64,000 nucleotides of DNA from positions 1,308 to 65,307 of the forward strand of contig CAXBKT010000001.1 in NCBI GenBank assembly GCA_963976155.1. The letters are read 5' to 3'. Origin of the DNA: an uncultured Kordiimonadaceae bacterium (GTDB lineage Bacteria; Pseudomonadota; Alphaproteobacteria; Sphingomonadales; Kordiimonadaceae). Below, in pieces: positions 10,453 through 23,696 of the stretch. How positions within the stretch are numbered: the first letter of the stretch is position 1; every line of letters starts with the position of its first letter. A program made the translations under genes and the position numbers. The notes under the pieces were generated by a model that was given only the letters and a program-made list of their open reading frames with translations, was not told the DNA's origin and searched no databases.

Positions 10453-11157
10453 TCATGCGGCTTTGCGGCCTCTTTTAATGCCAAAAGCAATAAAAATACC
10501 CAACAAGCTCGCGGCTAACCCATACCAAGTAAACGCATATTCCAAGTGATCATTAGGGATATCAACGCGTATCTGTCCCCCAAGAGGTAGCTCTCCGCCC
10601 TTACCTACTTGGTCCGCAAACACCCTAAAATGATAATATTCTTTCGTGCGCAATCCAAAGTGTGCTGCCATTTCATGCACATCTGCCAAAAACCAGCTAC
10701 CTCCCGCGGAGTCATTAGGCAGTGTCATCGTGCCTGGGGTCGCGCTAGACATCAGCACCCCGGTGAAATTAGAAACCCGCGTTGGAAGTTCAGGTAACTC
10801 TCGCGTAGCATGAGGAATCCAGCCAAAGTTCACCAGCACTGCCATACCGTGGTCTTTTTGTACCGGGGCATAAAGAAAATAGCCTGACCCACCACTTTGA
10901 TTTATGCCAAAGACCTTAATGGGCTCAGCGAGGCGCTTTCCATCGAAAAAGACGCGGCGATACTCAACAGACTTTGGGTCATCCAGGTGTACAGGCAACG
11001 GCATTGGCTCTGCCTGCAACCCAACTTCGATCCGGTTCAGCAGGTCAGTTTTTGGGCCAATTTTGCGAGCTTGCCATGTCCCAAGGGATAGAAGGATTAC
11101 GAGCGCTACCAACATACTAATAGTGAGTGGAATACCAGGTTTAAAAGTCTTGAACAT
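10453..11157 (-). CDS. SURF1/Shy1 cytochrome oxidase assembly protein
   Basis: LGTWQ, VNFGW, PNDHLEYAFTWYGLA. Confidence 0.92.
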   Translation of the reverse strand: MFKTFKPGIPLTISMLVALVILLSLGTWQARKIGPKTDLLNRIEVGLQAEPMPLPVHLDDPKSVEYRRVFFDGKRLAEPIKVFGINQSGGSGYFLYAPVQKDHGMAVLVNFGWIPHATRELPELPTRVSNFTGVLMSSATPGTMTLPNDSAGGSWFLADVHEMAAHFGLRTKEYYHFRVFADQVGKGGELPLGGQIRVDIPNDHLEYAFTWYGLAASLLGIFIAFGIKRGRKAA

Positions 11158-11568
11158 TCAGTCCTCGTCTTCTGTCTGGCCTTGATGCGCATCATGATGA
11201 AACTGAAGCGCAACAAGAGTCGCTTTGAAAATTCTGAGCATCCAATATGAACCACCAATAATAACGACAGTTAACACACCGATAATAACTGGCGTTGAAA
11301 GACCCGCACCAGTTAAAATGAAGCCAAGAATAGCGCAAATTGCACCAAGGATAAGAATGACAAAAACCTGCGCACCATCCCCTGTATCAGCAGCAGACAA
11401 GTCGAACCCACACCCTTCACAGGTTTCTCTTATCTCAAGGCCATTTTGGAATAGTGGGCTAATACCGCAGTTAGGGCATTTGCAAGAAAAACCAGCTTTA
11501 TAAGGAGAAACCGACCGAGGCATACCCCGGTCGGTTTCTATATTTTTATGATCTAAAGGATCAGTCAT
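11158..11568 (-). CDS. DUF983 family protein
   Basis: CKCPNCG..LF, CEGCG, DTGDG, two TM segments; typical position after coxC. Confidence 0.85.
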   Translation of the reverse strand: MTDPLDHKNIETDRGMPRSVSPYKAGFSCKCPNCGISPLFQNGLEIRETCEGCGFDLSAADTGDGAQVFVILILGAICAILGFILTGAGLSTPVIIGVLTVVIIGGSYWMLRIFKATLVALQFHHDAHQGQTEDED

Positions 11569-11574
11569 CGGTTA

Positions 11575-12420
11575 TTAGCCGCCCCAAATATACACAGCCA
11601 TAAAGAGGAACAACCAAACAACATCTACAAAATGCCAATACCAAGCAGCAGCTTCAAACCCAAAGTGATGGTCTGACTTAAAGTGGCCTTTGTAAACACG
11701 ACCCAAGCATACAGCGAGGAAGATAGTCCCCACTAGCACGTGGAAGCCATGGAAACCTGTCGCCATAAAGAATGTCGCACCGTAAATGCTGCCATCAAAA
11801 CCAAACGCCGCATGGCTATACTCATACACCTGCACACAAGTAAAAAATGCGCCGAGTAGAACTGTAAGCCAAAGGCCTGTTTTGACAGCTTCACGATTGC
11901 CTTCAACAATTGCATGGTGGGCCCATGTAACAGTTGTGCCTGACAAGAGTAGAATAAGTGTATTGATGAAAGGCAAGTGCCAAGGGTCAAATGTCTCAAT
12001 ACCTTTTGGCGGCCAGACAGCTTCTTGACCAATTACCTCAAAAATACCTGATCCTTCTGTAGGAATAATCGGGTAGAGGGAGGCGTTGAAAAATGCCCAG
12101 AACCAAGCCACAAAGAACATTACCTCTGAGGCAATGAACAAGATCATACCATAGCGCAGACCAATTTGAACAACAGCCGTATGGTCACCCGTTTCGCCTT
12201 CGTGGATCACATCTTTCCACCATGCAAACATGGTATAGAGAAGGCCAACGAGACCAATGACAAACATATAGTCGCCAAAACCGGTCATCCCAAACAGTTC
12301 AGCCTCTGGCTTCATCGTGAAGACAGCACCAACCATCATAATAAGTATCGCAAGGGAGCCGACAGCCGGCCAAGGGCTTGGGTTCACCAAGTGATAATCA
12401 TGTTTAACGTCGCCCGCCAT
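11575..12420 (-). CDS. ctaE: Cytochrome c oxidase subunit III
   Basis: [40 protein letters not shown]. Confidence 0.97.
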   Translation of the reverse strand: MAGDVKHDYHLVNPSPWPAVGSLAILIMMVGAVFTMKPEAELFGMTGFGDYMFVIGLVGLLYTMFAWWKDVIHEGETGDHTAVVQIGLRYGMILFIASEVMFFVAWFWAFFNASLYPIIPTEGSGIFEVIGQEAVWPPKGIETFDPWHLPFINTLILLLSGTTVTWAHHAIVEGNREAVKTGLWLTVLLGAFFTCVQVYEYSHAAFGFDGSIYGATFFMATGFHGFHVLVGTIFLAVCLGRVYKGHFKSDHHFGFEAAAWYWHFVDVVWLFLFMAVYIWGG

Positions 12421-12475
12421 ATATCTTCTCCTGACAGTTTGCTGGTCTCACACCAGCTAATATTCTATTTGGTTT

Positions 12476-13039
12476 CTAACGACCAGCTAACACTTCAGCG
12501 GTTTCTTCATCATCTAAGCTGAAGAAAGTATATGAAAGTGTCACCTCAGTCACTTCATCCAGATTGATATCTTGATCAATTTCCGGATCAATATAATAGA
12601 CGACAGGCATTATCACCCGCTCGCCTGGTTGCAGTATCTGCTCAGTAAAGCAAAAACAGTCAATTTTTGTGAAGTAGCTGCCAGCCTTGTGCGGCGCTAC
12701 ATTATATGTAGCACGTCCAACAATAGGATAATTCGTTGGGTTATAAGCTTCATAATAAGCAAGATTCTGTGAACCGATTTTCAGAGTTTGTTTATTCTGA
12801 ACAGGCTTAAATTCCCACGGCATATCCCGGTGTGTGTTAGCTACAAACCGCACACGCATATCCCGGTCAATCACTTCATTTGAAGCAAGTTCCACCTGCT
12901 GTGTGGTACCGCCATACCCTGTTACTTTACAGAATAGATCATAAAGAGGCACCGCTGCGTAGGCCATGCCGAGCATACCAACAGCCGTACCAAACATAAT
13001 GACGCCTAGCTTTTTGTTCTTTTCAGCAACCGTACTCAT
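12476..13039 (-). CDS. ctaG: Cytochrome c oxidase assembly protein CtaG/Cox11
   Basis: YAAVPLYDLFCKVTGYGG, KIDCFCF. Confidence 0.96.
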   Translation of the reverse strand: MSTVAEKNKKLGVIMFGTAVGMLGMAYAAVPLYDLFCKVTGYGGTTQQVELASNEVIDRDMRVRFVANTHRDMPWEFKPVQNKQTLKIGSQNLAYYEAYNPTNYPIVGRATYNVAPHKAGSYFTKIDCFCFTEQILQPGERVIMPVVYYIDPEIDQDINLDEVTEVTLSYTFFSLDDEETAEVLAGR

Positions 13040-13164
13040 GGTGCCAATCCCTTGATCCGGAAGTAACTTATAACTGCCAGTGAAATAACAAAAACAACAA
13101 GTGCGCCGCCCACTACGCGGTTACGCTTTTTAATCTTTTCGGATACTTCTGGTGTATTGCTCAT
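13036..13164 (-). CDS. 42-aa single-TM small protein in the cox operon (CoxF-like position; not in the ORF track)
   Basis: [42 protein letters not shown]; ATGA overlaps with both ctaB (13161-13164) and ctaG (13036-13039). Confidence 0.85.
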   Translation of the reverse strand: MSNTPEVSEKIKKRNRVVGGALVVFVISLAVISYFRIKGLAP

Positions 13165-14093
13165 GAAAGTAGCCCCGTAATAAGCCGCTCAGCAGCAAGT
13201 GTTGCAAACACGGCAAAAAGATAAAAGATTGAAAAGAAGAACAGCTTGCGCTCAGCTTTTGTTTCGCCGCGCCAAACAAAGAAGGCAAGCAGCGAAAAGT
13301 ACGCACTAAGCGCAGCCGTAACAATACCATAAACAGGGCCTGCAAAGCCCATAAAATAAGGCGCGAGCGCACAAGGCACCATCAAAATAGTATAAAGCGC
13401 AATCTGCTTGCGTGTTTCTTTTTCACCCGCAACAACGGGCAGCATAGGCACACCAACTTTTTCATAGTCTTTATGAATGAAAAGCGACAGCGCCCAAAAA
13501 TGCGGTGGTGTCCACAAGAAGATGATACCAAAAAGAACGATTGATTCTATCGTCACACTATCCGTGACAGCGGCCCAGCCAATCATTGGAGGAAAAGCAC
13601 CAGCTGCGCCCCCAATAACAATATTCTGCGGCGTACGGCGCTTAAGCCACATGCTGTAAATCACGACATAAAAGAAGATAGTCAACGCTAGCAGTACCGC
13701 AGACGTGATATTTACAATCAGCCCAAGCAAAACCACTGAGGCAACGGAGAGAGTAAGGCCAAACCCAAGGGCGTCGCCTTCAGAAACTTTACCAGCTGGT
13801 ATAGGTCGATTTGCAGTGCGCGCCATCAAACGATCGATGTCTGCGTCATACCACATATTAAGGGCACCAGATGCCCCTGCTCCAATAGCAATTAGCACAA
13901 TCGCTGCAACGGCAAGCGCAGGGTTCATCGTACCCGGCGCCGCAATCATACCAACAAAGCCTGTGAAAATCACAAGCGACATTACCCGTGGTTTCAACAA
14001 CGCGATGAAATCACGAGCGTCAGCCTCCCGCCCCAAAGGTGGAGCAGGAGTCTGAATTTCTGTATCAAAGGATGTAAGGCTATCAGCCAACAT
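13161..14093 (-). CDS. ctaB: Protoheme IX farnesyltransferase (heme O synthase)
   Basis: [46 protein letters not shown]. Confidence 0.96.
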   Translation of the reverse strand: MLADSLTSFDTEIQTPAPPLGREADARDFIALLKPRVMSLVIFTGFVGMIAAPGTMNPALAVAAIVLIAIGAGASGALNMWYDADIDRLMARTANRPIPAGKVSEGDALGFGLTLSVASVVLLGLIVNITSAVLLALTIFFYVVIYSMWLKRRTPQNIVIGGAAGAFPPMIGWAAVTDSVTIESIVLFGIIFLWTPPHFWALSLFIHKDYEKVGVPMLPVVAGEKETRKQIALYTILMVPCALAPYFMGFAGPVYGIVTAALSAYFSLLAFFVWRGETKAERKLFFFSIFYLFAVFATLAAERLITGLLS

Positions 14094-14114
14094 TCAGTCC
14101 TTTACAAACCAAGC

Positions 14115-16630
<2,516 letters not shown>

Positions 16631-16913
16631 AGTTCTGCTTTCCTTTTGTTTCACCCCTACCCGGGCAACCGAAGCTTGCTCATAGTAAACAATTTCGGCG
16701 ATACAGCCAGTCTGACATAGGTAATAGCTTATATACTAATTTACCTGCTGACCGATCAAAAATGCGCGCCCGTTATAACAGACGTTTCCGCAGGCTCAAG
16801 CCCGAGAACGTCCTTACTGTCACTTTTTTGCCAAAATAGCATTATTTTCTATTCTGATGCTTGTCATTCTCAACTTTCGGCATCATGCTAACACCATATG
16901 CAAAGCTCAACAT

Positions 16914-16928
16914 GTGCCACTATGTCGC
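16914..16928. promoter_or_regulatory. Candidate RegA/PrrA/RegR box
   Basis: GTGCCACTATGTCGC fits G(C/T)G(G/C)(G/C)(G/A)NN(T/A)(T/A)NNC(G/A)C at all positions, in the ctaC/tldD divergent region. Confidence 0.4.
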
Positions 16929-16969
16929 AGTTTTGCTTAATTCTCTTTTAATGCGCAAGGAACTACCTA

Positions 16970-18418
16970 ATGGCTAATCCTGAAGGCCCAACATCTGACG
17001 CTTCTTTAAACTTCTTTTTTTCCCAATCTGACTTGGACGAAAACAGAACAGAATCCCTTGTTTCTGAAGCACTTAGTGGCATGGAAGATGGTGAGCTATA
17101 CCTTGAAAGTACACAATCTGAATCTTTTACGTACGATGATGGCCGCCTAAAGGGAGCTAGCTTTGATTCTAGTCAAGGTTTCGGTCTAAGGGCGGTTCAC
17201 GGCGAGTCGACAGGGTACGCGCACTCAAATGAACTATCAGAAGCAGCAATCAAACGAGCCGCTGAAACGGTACAAGCTATTAAAACCGGCAACGGCGGCG
17301 AAATGAGTCTTGCACCTGCGCGCACCAACAAACAACTTTATACCGATGCCAACCCCCTTGGTGGAATCGATTTTGGAAAGAAGGTTGCCCTCCTTGAGGA
17401 GATAGACGCTTATGCGCGAGCTGCCGATCCTCGTATTCGCCAAGTAAGTGCTTCAATTCTGGGAAGCTGGCAAGCAGTTGAAATCATTAGAGCGGACGGC
17501 CACCGTGTCCGGGATATCCGCCCACTTGTACGCCTTAATGTTGGCGTCGTGATGGGCGAAGGTGACCGTCAAGAAAGCGGTCATGACGGCGCAGGCGGCA
17601 GAGAATCATATGATTTCCTCTTTGACGAAGATCACTGGCAGGCGCAGGTTAATGAAGCAGTTCGCCAAGCAAGCGTAAACTTAGAAAGTGTTGATGCACC
17701 AGCTGGTGAAATGACCGTAGTACTTGGCCCAGGCTGGCCAGGCGTACTGTTGCACGAAGCTGTTGGGCACGGTTTAGAAGGCGACTTCAACAGGAAAAAA
17801 ACCTCGGCATTCGCTGGCTTAATGGGGGAGCGCGTTGCGGCCCCTGGCATCACTGTAGTTGATGATGGCACTTTGGGCTCAAAGCGCGGCTCCTTGTCCG
17901 TAGATGATGAGGGCACGCCAACGGAAAGCACTGTTCTTATAGAAGATGGTATCCTGAAAGGCTATATGCAGGACCGCCTTAATGCCCGCTTGATGGGTAT
18001 GAAGCCAACGGGTAATGGGCGGCGGCAAAGTTTTGCACATTCTCCGATGCCGCGCATGACAAACACATTCATGCTTGCTGGCGATAAAGACCCTGGTGAA
18101 ATTCTTTCCAGCGTGAAAGACGGCCTTTACGCCGTTAACTTTGGCGGCGGCCAAGTGGATATCACTTCCGGCAAGTTTGTTTTCAGTTGCACCGAAGCAT
18201 ACCGTATCAAAGGCGGGAAAATTGCCGAACCCGTGAAAGGGGCCACGCTGATTGGCAACGGCCCTGATGTCCTTAAACGCGTTTCTATGATAGGGAATGA
18301 CCTCAAGCTCGATAACGGTGTTGGAACTTGTGGCAAGGGCGGACAAACCGTACCTGCAGGAGTTGGACAGCCTACCCTTAGAATTGACGGCCTAACTGTT
18401 GGTGGCACCGCAAGTTAA
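16970..18418 (+). CDS. tldD: Metalloprotease TldD
   Basis: LLHEAVGHGLEGDFNRK, DDEG, MPRMTNT, CGKGGQ. Confidence 0.97.
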   Translation: MANPEGPTSDASLNFFFSQSDLDENRTESLVSEALSGMEDGELYLESTQSESFTYDDGRLKGASFDSSQGFGLRAVHGESTGYAHSNELSEAAIKRAAETVQAIKTGNGGEMSLAPARTNKQLYTDANPLGGIDFGKKVALLEEIDAYARAADPRIRQVSASILGSWQAVEIIRADGHRVRDIRPLVRLNVGVVMGEGDRQESGHDGAGGRESYDFLFDEDHWQAQVNEAVRQASVNLESVDAPAGEMTVVLGPGWPGVLLHEAVGHGLEGDFNRKKTSAFAGLMGERVAAPGITVVDDGTLGSKRGSLSVDDEGTPTESTVLIEDGILKGYMQDRLNARLMGMKPTGNGRRQSFAHSPMPRMTNTFMLAGDKDPGEILSSVKDGLYAVNFGGGQVDITSGKFVFSCTEAYRIKGGKIAEPVKGATLIGNGPDVLKRVSMIGNDLKLDNGVGTCGKGGQTVPAGVGQPTLRIDGLTVGGTAS

Positions 18419-18424
18419 AAATAT

Positions 18425-19246
18425 ATGCAGCAAAGAATAGGTATAAAGCTCCGTATATTACTGAGCCTAATCGCTTTAGTATCCTCAGTCAGTTCTGCTG
18501 CCTCCGAGGATACTATTGCTGTTACTATTTATGATTTTCCGCCAGATATCATTAATTCCAAAACAAAACCAGCAGGCCCCCTAACTGACAAAATGAAGCA
18601 GATCATGAAATCCGCAGGCCTCTCGATCCAGTGGCTTCAATCCTCGCTAGCGGAAGAATCCGTTATGTTAAGTGGCGGTAGTCGACCATTTTGTACCACC
18701 GGTCGAATCTACTCCAATATGCGGGTCGTGAAAGATAATTGGATTTTCCTACCCTATACCCTGCACACACTTGCTGGGGATGCCCTTCTTGTCCATCACA
18801 AAAACCTAAATAAATTTGCCCGCTTCAATCACATCACTGAAGTGTTTGAAGCTGATACTCTTACAGGCGTTTTCATAAGCGACGTTAGTTATGGCTCCAA
18901 CATCGATAGTTACCTGAACAAAACCCCGGAGCGATTTGATCGTAGCGCATCATCAACTGACCAGATTATAGCGATGGTGTCTAACCGCCGCGCTGACTAC
19001 GGTATTGTGTCCGCTGAGTATTGGCGGGACTCACTGCGAAAAAATCAACATTATGATCAACTCGTCGATCTTGCTGATCAAATTTCTTTATTTAAAAATG
19101 GCAATGTAAACTTACACTTAGCTTGCAGTCGGGCTGTACCCTCGACTATACTCGCCCGTATAGAAGCCGCGATGCAACAACTTGGGTTCCCAAAATCACC
19201 TGAAAAAATTCAATCCTATATTACTCAAACAATACCACCCAAGTAA
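18425..19246 (+). CDS. Orphan periplasmic substrate-binding-like protein (family 3-like)
   Basis: Signal peptide, DFPP near the N-terminus, MVSNRRADY, LACS; no permease nearby. Confidence 0.5.
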   Translation: MQQRIGIKLRILLSLIALVSSVSSAASEDTIAVTIYDFPPDIINSKTKPAGPLTDKMKQIMKSAGLSIQWLQSSLAEESVMLSGGSRPFCTTGRIYSNMRVVKDNWIFLPYTLHTLAGDALLVHHKNLNKFARFNHITEVFEADTLTGVFISDVSYGSNIDSYLNKTPERFDRSASSTDQIIAMVSNRRADYGIVSAEYWRDSLRKNQHYDQLVDLADQISLFKNGNVNLHLACSRAVPSTILARIEAAMQQLGFPKSPEKIQSYITQTIPPK

Positions 19247-19422
19247 CACCCTAATTTCTGTTGGCCAGATCAGGATTAAAGGCTATTTTCCTTCGCCATA
19301 AGATAAAACTGATTGTTTCATAACGATCTGTCCTACCCATTAATATTAATGAAGCAACACTGGGGAGGTAACTGATTCCTGTAATTGTATTGCACTCGTA
19401 TAAACAAGTATCACTATATCAC

Positions 19423-19450
19423 AAAAAAGGCGGCCAATTTGGCCGCCTTT
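19423..19450 (-). terminator. Intrinsic terminator after the CoA-transferase genes
   Basis: AAAGGCGGCC-AAATT-GGCCGCCTTTTTT on the minus strand. Confidence 0.85.
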
Positions 19451-19471
19451 CCACAAACCGATAACGCGCCG

Positions 19472-20116
19472 TTAGCCAACAATTGCAGCTTCAGTTGCAG
19501 CTTTCACTTCATCTAATGTTATGCCGTCCGCGAGTTCAATGACCTTAAGGCCACCATCCACTATGTCAAAAACACCGAGGCCGCTGATGATGCGGTCAAC
19601 CACACCCTTACCCGTAAGTGGCAGCGTGCAATCCTTAAGGAGTTTGGGTTCGCCTTTTTTATTGGTATGATCCATCAACACAACCACACGCTTCACACCG
19701 GCCACAAGGTCCATCGCACCGCCCATACCTTTAACCATTTTGCCAGGGATCATCCAGTTAGCAAGGTCACCATTTTCAGCCACTTCCATTGCACCAAGGA
19801 TCGACAAGTCAATATGACCACCTCGGATCATGCCGAAGCTGTCTGCACTGGAAAAGTAGCTAGAAGTATCAAGTTCAGTGATTGTTTGCTTACCTGCATT
19901 GATCAAGTCAGCATCAACTTCATCATCAAAGGGGAACGGTCCCATGCCTAGCATGCCATTCTCTGACTGCAACGTTACATGCATGCCTTCAGGGATATAG
20001 TTCGCCACAAGCGTCGGAATACCAATACCAAGATTCACATAAAAGCCATCTTGCAGTTCGCGTGCTGCACGAGCAGCCATTTGGTTGCGGTCCCAGCCTT
20101 TTCTTGTATCGCTCAT
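19472..20116 (-). CDS. scoB: 3-oxoacid CoA-transferase subunit B
   Basis: NLGIGIP, catalytic LQSENG, GAMDLV. Confidence 0.93.
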   Translation of the reverse strand: MSDTRKGWDRNQMAARAARELQDGFYVNLGIGIPTLVANYIPEGMHVTLQSENGMLGMGPFPFDDEVDADLINAGKQTITELDTSSYFSSADSFGMIRGGHIDLSILGAMEVAENGDLANWMIPGKMVKGMGGAMDLVAGVKRVVVLMDHTNKKGEPKLLKDCTLPLTGKGVVDRIISGLGVFDIVDGGLKVIELADGITLDEVKAATEAAIVG

Positions 20117-20820
20117 TATGCTGTCTCCCTGCTTCTAACTGTGCGCTGTTCGATGCGTTTTTCATGCTCGCCTTTGATAATGCGCTGCACAAAAATACCG
20201 GGTGTATGAATATTGTCAGGGTCAAGTGCACCCGCTTCAACAATCTCTTCCACCTCAACAATGGTAACTTTCCCGGCCGTTGCCATCATTGGGTTAAAGT
20301 TACGCGCGGTTTTGCGGTAAACCAGATTACCTTCGGTGTCAGCTTTCCATGCCTTTACGATGGAAACATCAGCAACAAGACCCGTTTCCATAATGTAGGT
20401 TTCGCCGTCAAAATCCTTGTGCTCTTTACCTTCAGCAATCAGTGTACCTACACCTGTTTTGGTATAAAAACCCGGAATGCCAGCGCCGCCTGCACGGATG
20501 CGCTCCGCAAGTGTGCCCTGCGGGTTAAACTCAAGCTCAAGTTCTTTTTCCAAATACTGACGCTCAAATTCCTTGTTTTCACCAACATATGAAGAGACCA
20601 TCTTTTTGATCTGTTTGGCATCAAGCAAAATACCGAGACCAAAACCGTCAACACCACAGTTATTGGAGATCACTGTTAAGTCTTTAACGCCATTCGCATG
20701 AACAGCCGCGATAAGGTTTTCTGGGATACCACAAAGGCCAAAGCCTCCTGCCATCATCGTCATGCCGTCAAAAAGCAATCCATCCAGTGCCGCCTCGGCA
20801 CTATCATAAACTTTGCGCAT
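20116..20820 (-). CDS. scoA: 3-oxoacid CoA-transferase subunit A
   Basis: [23 protein letters not shown]. Confidence 0.93.
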   Translation of the reverse strand: MRKVYDSAEAALDGLLFDGMTMMAGGFGLCGIPENLIAAVHANGVKDLTVISNNCGVDGFGLGILLDAKQIKKMVSSYVGENKEFERQYLEKELELEFNPQGTLAERIRAGGAGIPGFYTKTGVGTLIAEGKEHKDFDGETYIMETGLVADVSIVKAWKADTEGNLVYRKTARNFNPMMATAGKVTIVEVEEIVEAGALDPDNIHTPGIFVQRIIKGEHEKRIEQRTVRSRETA

Positions 20821-21013
20821 TCTTATCTCCTCACACACGGGGACACATACTATTTACAAAATGGTCTAGGCATTATTAGTTTCAGTTGCAACCAATAATA
20901 ATACTGCTGAGACAACTTAACGTGAAACACTAACCCTTGAAGCCCAATTATTGCCATATTATATATAGATAACGTCTATATAAAAAAAGAATGACAGCGA
21001 ACGGAGAATAACC

Positions 21014-21283
21014 ATGGTGCGTATTATATGCAGCATAATAGGAACGGCACTTTGTCTTATTGGCATTGTCGGCATGCTTACGCCGATTCCATTAGGACTT
21101 TTCATCTTCATCATCGGCTTGATGTTCTTAATCCCAGCAAGTCCAACTGCTGCAGGTTATGTTCGCTTTGCGCGCCGTAAAATTGGCTTATTTGACAGAG
21201 CTATGTCTGCTGTTACCAATAAAATGCCTGTGCCCTATCGCCGCGTTTTGCGCCGCACGGAAGTGAATGGTTACGACTGGTAA
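21014..21283 (+). CDS. Small membrane protein (PGPGW-like hairpin), paralog of 36023-36286
   Basis: Two TM segments around TPIPLG, basic C-terminus, GGAGA RBS. Confidence 0.7.
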   Translation: MVRIICSIIGTALCLIGIVGMLTPIPLGLFIFIIGLMFLIPASPTAAGYVRFARRKIGLFDRAMSAVTNKMPVPYRRVLRRTEVNGYDW

Positions 21284-21319
21284 ACACGCTTTACGCATAA
21301 AATTATACATGCCTGCAAC

Positions 21320-21342
21320 GTACTGACATTTTTTGTCAGTAC
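21320..21342. promoter_or_regulatory. Palindromic operator GTACTGACA-N5-TGTCAGTAC
   Basis: Perfect 9-bp inverted repeat ending 44 nt before the GST ATG; near-identical copy at 41017-41039. Confidence 0.7.
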
Positions 21343-21386
21343 CACATCCGTATAGATGTTCTCAGATATCAACACGGAGACACGAC

Positions 21387-22109
21387 ATGCAAGAAAACAA
21401 TATCACACTTTATGCCTTCCCAACCGGGCCTGGCTTTTTCAATTTTAGCCCTTACTGCACGAAAGTAGAAATCCTGCTCGCACAGGCTGGGCTAGAGTTC
21501 TCATTAGAAATGCCTGAGGATTACAAAACTTTTTCAAAAGGCCGGCTCCCAGTTCTTAACGATAACGGTAGCATCATTGAAGATTCTGAAATCATCCGTC
21601 TTCATATTGCGGAAAAGTACGGAAAAGAGCTTGATGGCTCCTTGACGGCTGCTGAAAAAGCAACGGGCCACGCTGTATGCCGCATGCTTGATGAGCGCAC
21701 AATTTACGGCCTTGTATGGACACGTTGGGCTGAGGACGCAGGCTGGTCTCAAACGAAACCCATTTTCTTTGAAGGCATGCCTGACGCGACCGCTGAAGAA
21801 ATGCGAGCCCAAGTGATTGAGGCAATAAAAGCCGTTGGTTTCGGAAAATTCACTTCAGAAGAGCAAAAAACCTTCATTCGCGCAGATCTAAAAACCCTCT
21901 CTGGCTTGTTAGGCGAGCGAGAGTTTTTCCTTTCTGATGAACCAACTTACCTAGACGCCACAATCTTTGGTCATATCTCTAACCTGTATGGAACACCTAT
22001 CAGGTCATGGAATAATGAGTTGGTTGGCGAGCACCAAAATCTAGTGAATTATTTCAACCAAGGCATGGCTCGTTGGTACCCCAATGCAGTACAAGCTGCT
22101 GCTGAATGA
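21387..22109 (+). CDS. Glutathione S-transferase family protein (metaxin/FAX-like)
   Basis: FSPYCTKVE, KGRLPV, IEDSEII, EPTYLDATIFG. Confidence 0.88.
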   Translation: MQENNITLYAFPTGPGFFNFSPYCTKVEILLAQAGLEFSLEMPEDYKTFSKGRLPVLNDNGSIIEDSEIIRLHIAEKYGKELDGSLTAAEKATGHAVCRMLDERTIYGLVWTRWAEDAGWSQTKPIFFEGMPDATAEEMRAQVIEAIKAVGFGKFTSEEQKTFIRADLKTLSGLLGEREFFLSDEPTYLDATIFGHISNLYGTPIRSWNNELVGEHQNLVNYFNQGMARWYPNAVQAAAE

Positions 22110-22110
22110 C

Positions 22111-22142
22111 AAAAAAAAGGGCTGGTAATTTTACCAGCCCTT
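22111..22142. terminator. Bidirectional intrinsic terminator between GST and ppa
   Basis: A8-GGGCTGGTAA-TT-TTACCAGCCC-TT between convergent genes. Confidence 0.85.
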
Positions 22143-22164
22143 CTTCATTTCGATTAGCTGTAGC

Positions 22165-22698
22165 CTATACGGCAGCCGCTTCAGCTTTGATGCCTTCTTC
22201 AATAAGGGACGCTGCTTTTTCTGGGCCATCCCAGCCAACAACTTTCACCCATTTACCTTTTTCAAGGTCTTTATAATGCTCAAAGAAGTGCGTAATTTGG
22301 TCGAGGAAAATCTTCGGCAGTTCTTCGTATGTTTGCACGTCACTGTGGAATGGGTGTAGCTTATCAACTGGCACCATCAACAGTTTCTCATCCATGCCGG
22401 CTTCGTCTTCCATGATCAGCACACCAAGGGGGCGGCAGCGCACAACAGCACCCGGCATAATGGGGGTGTGGTTCGCCAAAATCACGTCAACAGGGTCGCC
22501 GTCATCCGCAAGTGTGTGCGGAATGAAACCATAGTTACACGGGTAGCGCATGCTTGTATGCATGATACGGTCAACAAACAAAGCACCTGACGCTTTATCA
22601 AGTTCATACTTAACTGGCTCAGTACCTGCTGGTACTTCAATGATCACGTTCACGTCCCAAGGGGCGTTTTCGCCAACGGAAATCTTGCTGACATCCAT
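22165..22698 (-). CDS. ppa: Inorganic pyrophosphatase (family I)
   Basis: KYE, YPCNYGFIP, DGDPVD, DEKL, FFEHYK. Confidence 0.97.
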   Translation of the reverse strand: MDVSKISVGENAPWDVNVIIEVPAGTEPVKYELDKASGALFVDRIMHTSMRYPCNYGFIPHTLADDGDPVDVILANHTPIMPGAVVRCRPLGVLIMEDEAGMDEKLLMVPVDKLHPFHSDVQTYEELPKIFLDQITHFFEHYKDLEKGKWVKVVGWDGPEKAASLIEEGIKAEAAAV

Positions 22699-22751
22699 GG
22701 GTTTAATTCCTTAACAGTTGGGGGTTGGGGATAGAGTTACTCAAGCATACC

Positions 22752-23696
22752 TTACAATTGTCTTACTAGCTGCCCTGCAATCAGGCTGAAAAATACAATC
22801 CAGCCAAAGGAAATGTTAGAGCGAAAAACCGATAAACAAGCGTCTGGGTCATCAATATCAACCCGTTTCACCTGTACGCCGAGGTGGGTCGCCGCGAGCG
22901 CGATGCCGATGTAATAGATTTCATGAAGATTTGCAAGGATTCCTGCGGCAATCAGCGCAATTATAAAGAAACTGTAAAAAACCGCGACAGCGCGCTGCGT
23001 CCCACCGCCCAGTGCAAGCGCGGTTGATTTTACGCCAACAAGCATATCGTCTTCCCGGTCTTGATGCGCATAGATGGTGTCATAACCCAGCGTCCAGAAG
23101 ATACCGCCAGCATATAACAGAAGCGCTGGCCAAGCGAGACTACCCTCAACAGCAGTCCAGCCCATAAGCGCGCCCCAATTGAACGTCAAGCCAAGCCAAG
23201 CCTGCGGCCAATATGTAACGCGTTTCATAAAGGGGTAGATAGCAACCAGAATAAGCGACGCGGTCCCCACGCCCATAGCAAACATATTTAACTGCACCAG
23301 AACCAGCAAACCAACAAGGCACTGCGCCACCATAAAAACCACAGCTTGCTTTACGCTGACCTCACCCGCAGGAATCGGCCTGCTTTTTGTACGCGCCACC
23401 TGCCCGTCAAAATTCCTATCAACAATATCATTATAGGTACAGCCCGCGCCGCGCATAACCGTGGCACCAATCGCAAACAGGATTAAAAGCCATAGGCTGT
23501 TCAGCTGAAACCCACCACCGCTTGCAAGTGTGATAGACCACCAGCACGGCCACAGTAAAAGCCACGTGCCGATGGGCCGGTCCATGCGCGCAAGCTTCAG
23601 GTAGGGCCGAAAAGCTGCCGGGGCCTGCCGGTAAACCCAACTCCCGTCAACAGCATCTGCTGTTTCAACCACATCTTTCTTCAAGTTCCAAAACAT
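22752..23696 (-). CDS. ubiA: 4-hydroxybenzoate octaprenyltransferase
   Basis: RMDRPIGTWLL, NDIVDRNFD, YDTIYAHQDREDD. Confidence 0.96.
   Translation of the reverse strand: MFWNLKKDVVETADAVDGSWVYRQAPAAFRPYLKLARMDRPIGTWLLLWPCWWSITLASGGGFQLNSLWLLILFAIGATVMRGAGCTYNDIVDRNFDGQVARTKSRPIPAGEVSVKQAVVFMVAQCLVGLLVLVQLNMFAMGVGTASLILVAIYPFMKRVTYWPQAWLGLTFNWGALMGWTAVEGSLAWPALLLYAGGIFWTLGYDTIYAHQDREDDMLVGVKSTALALGGGTQRAVAVFYSFFIIALIAAGILANLHEIYYIGIALAATHLGVQVKRVDIDDPDACLSVFRSNISFGWIVFFSLIAGQLVRQL

Noticed and set aside
19361-19371. TGGGGAGGTAA, complementary to the sRNA HP3 loop
   Set aside because: Intergenic with no downstream ORF; a 9-nt match is expected by chance.
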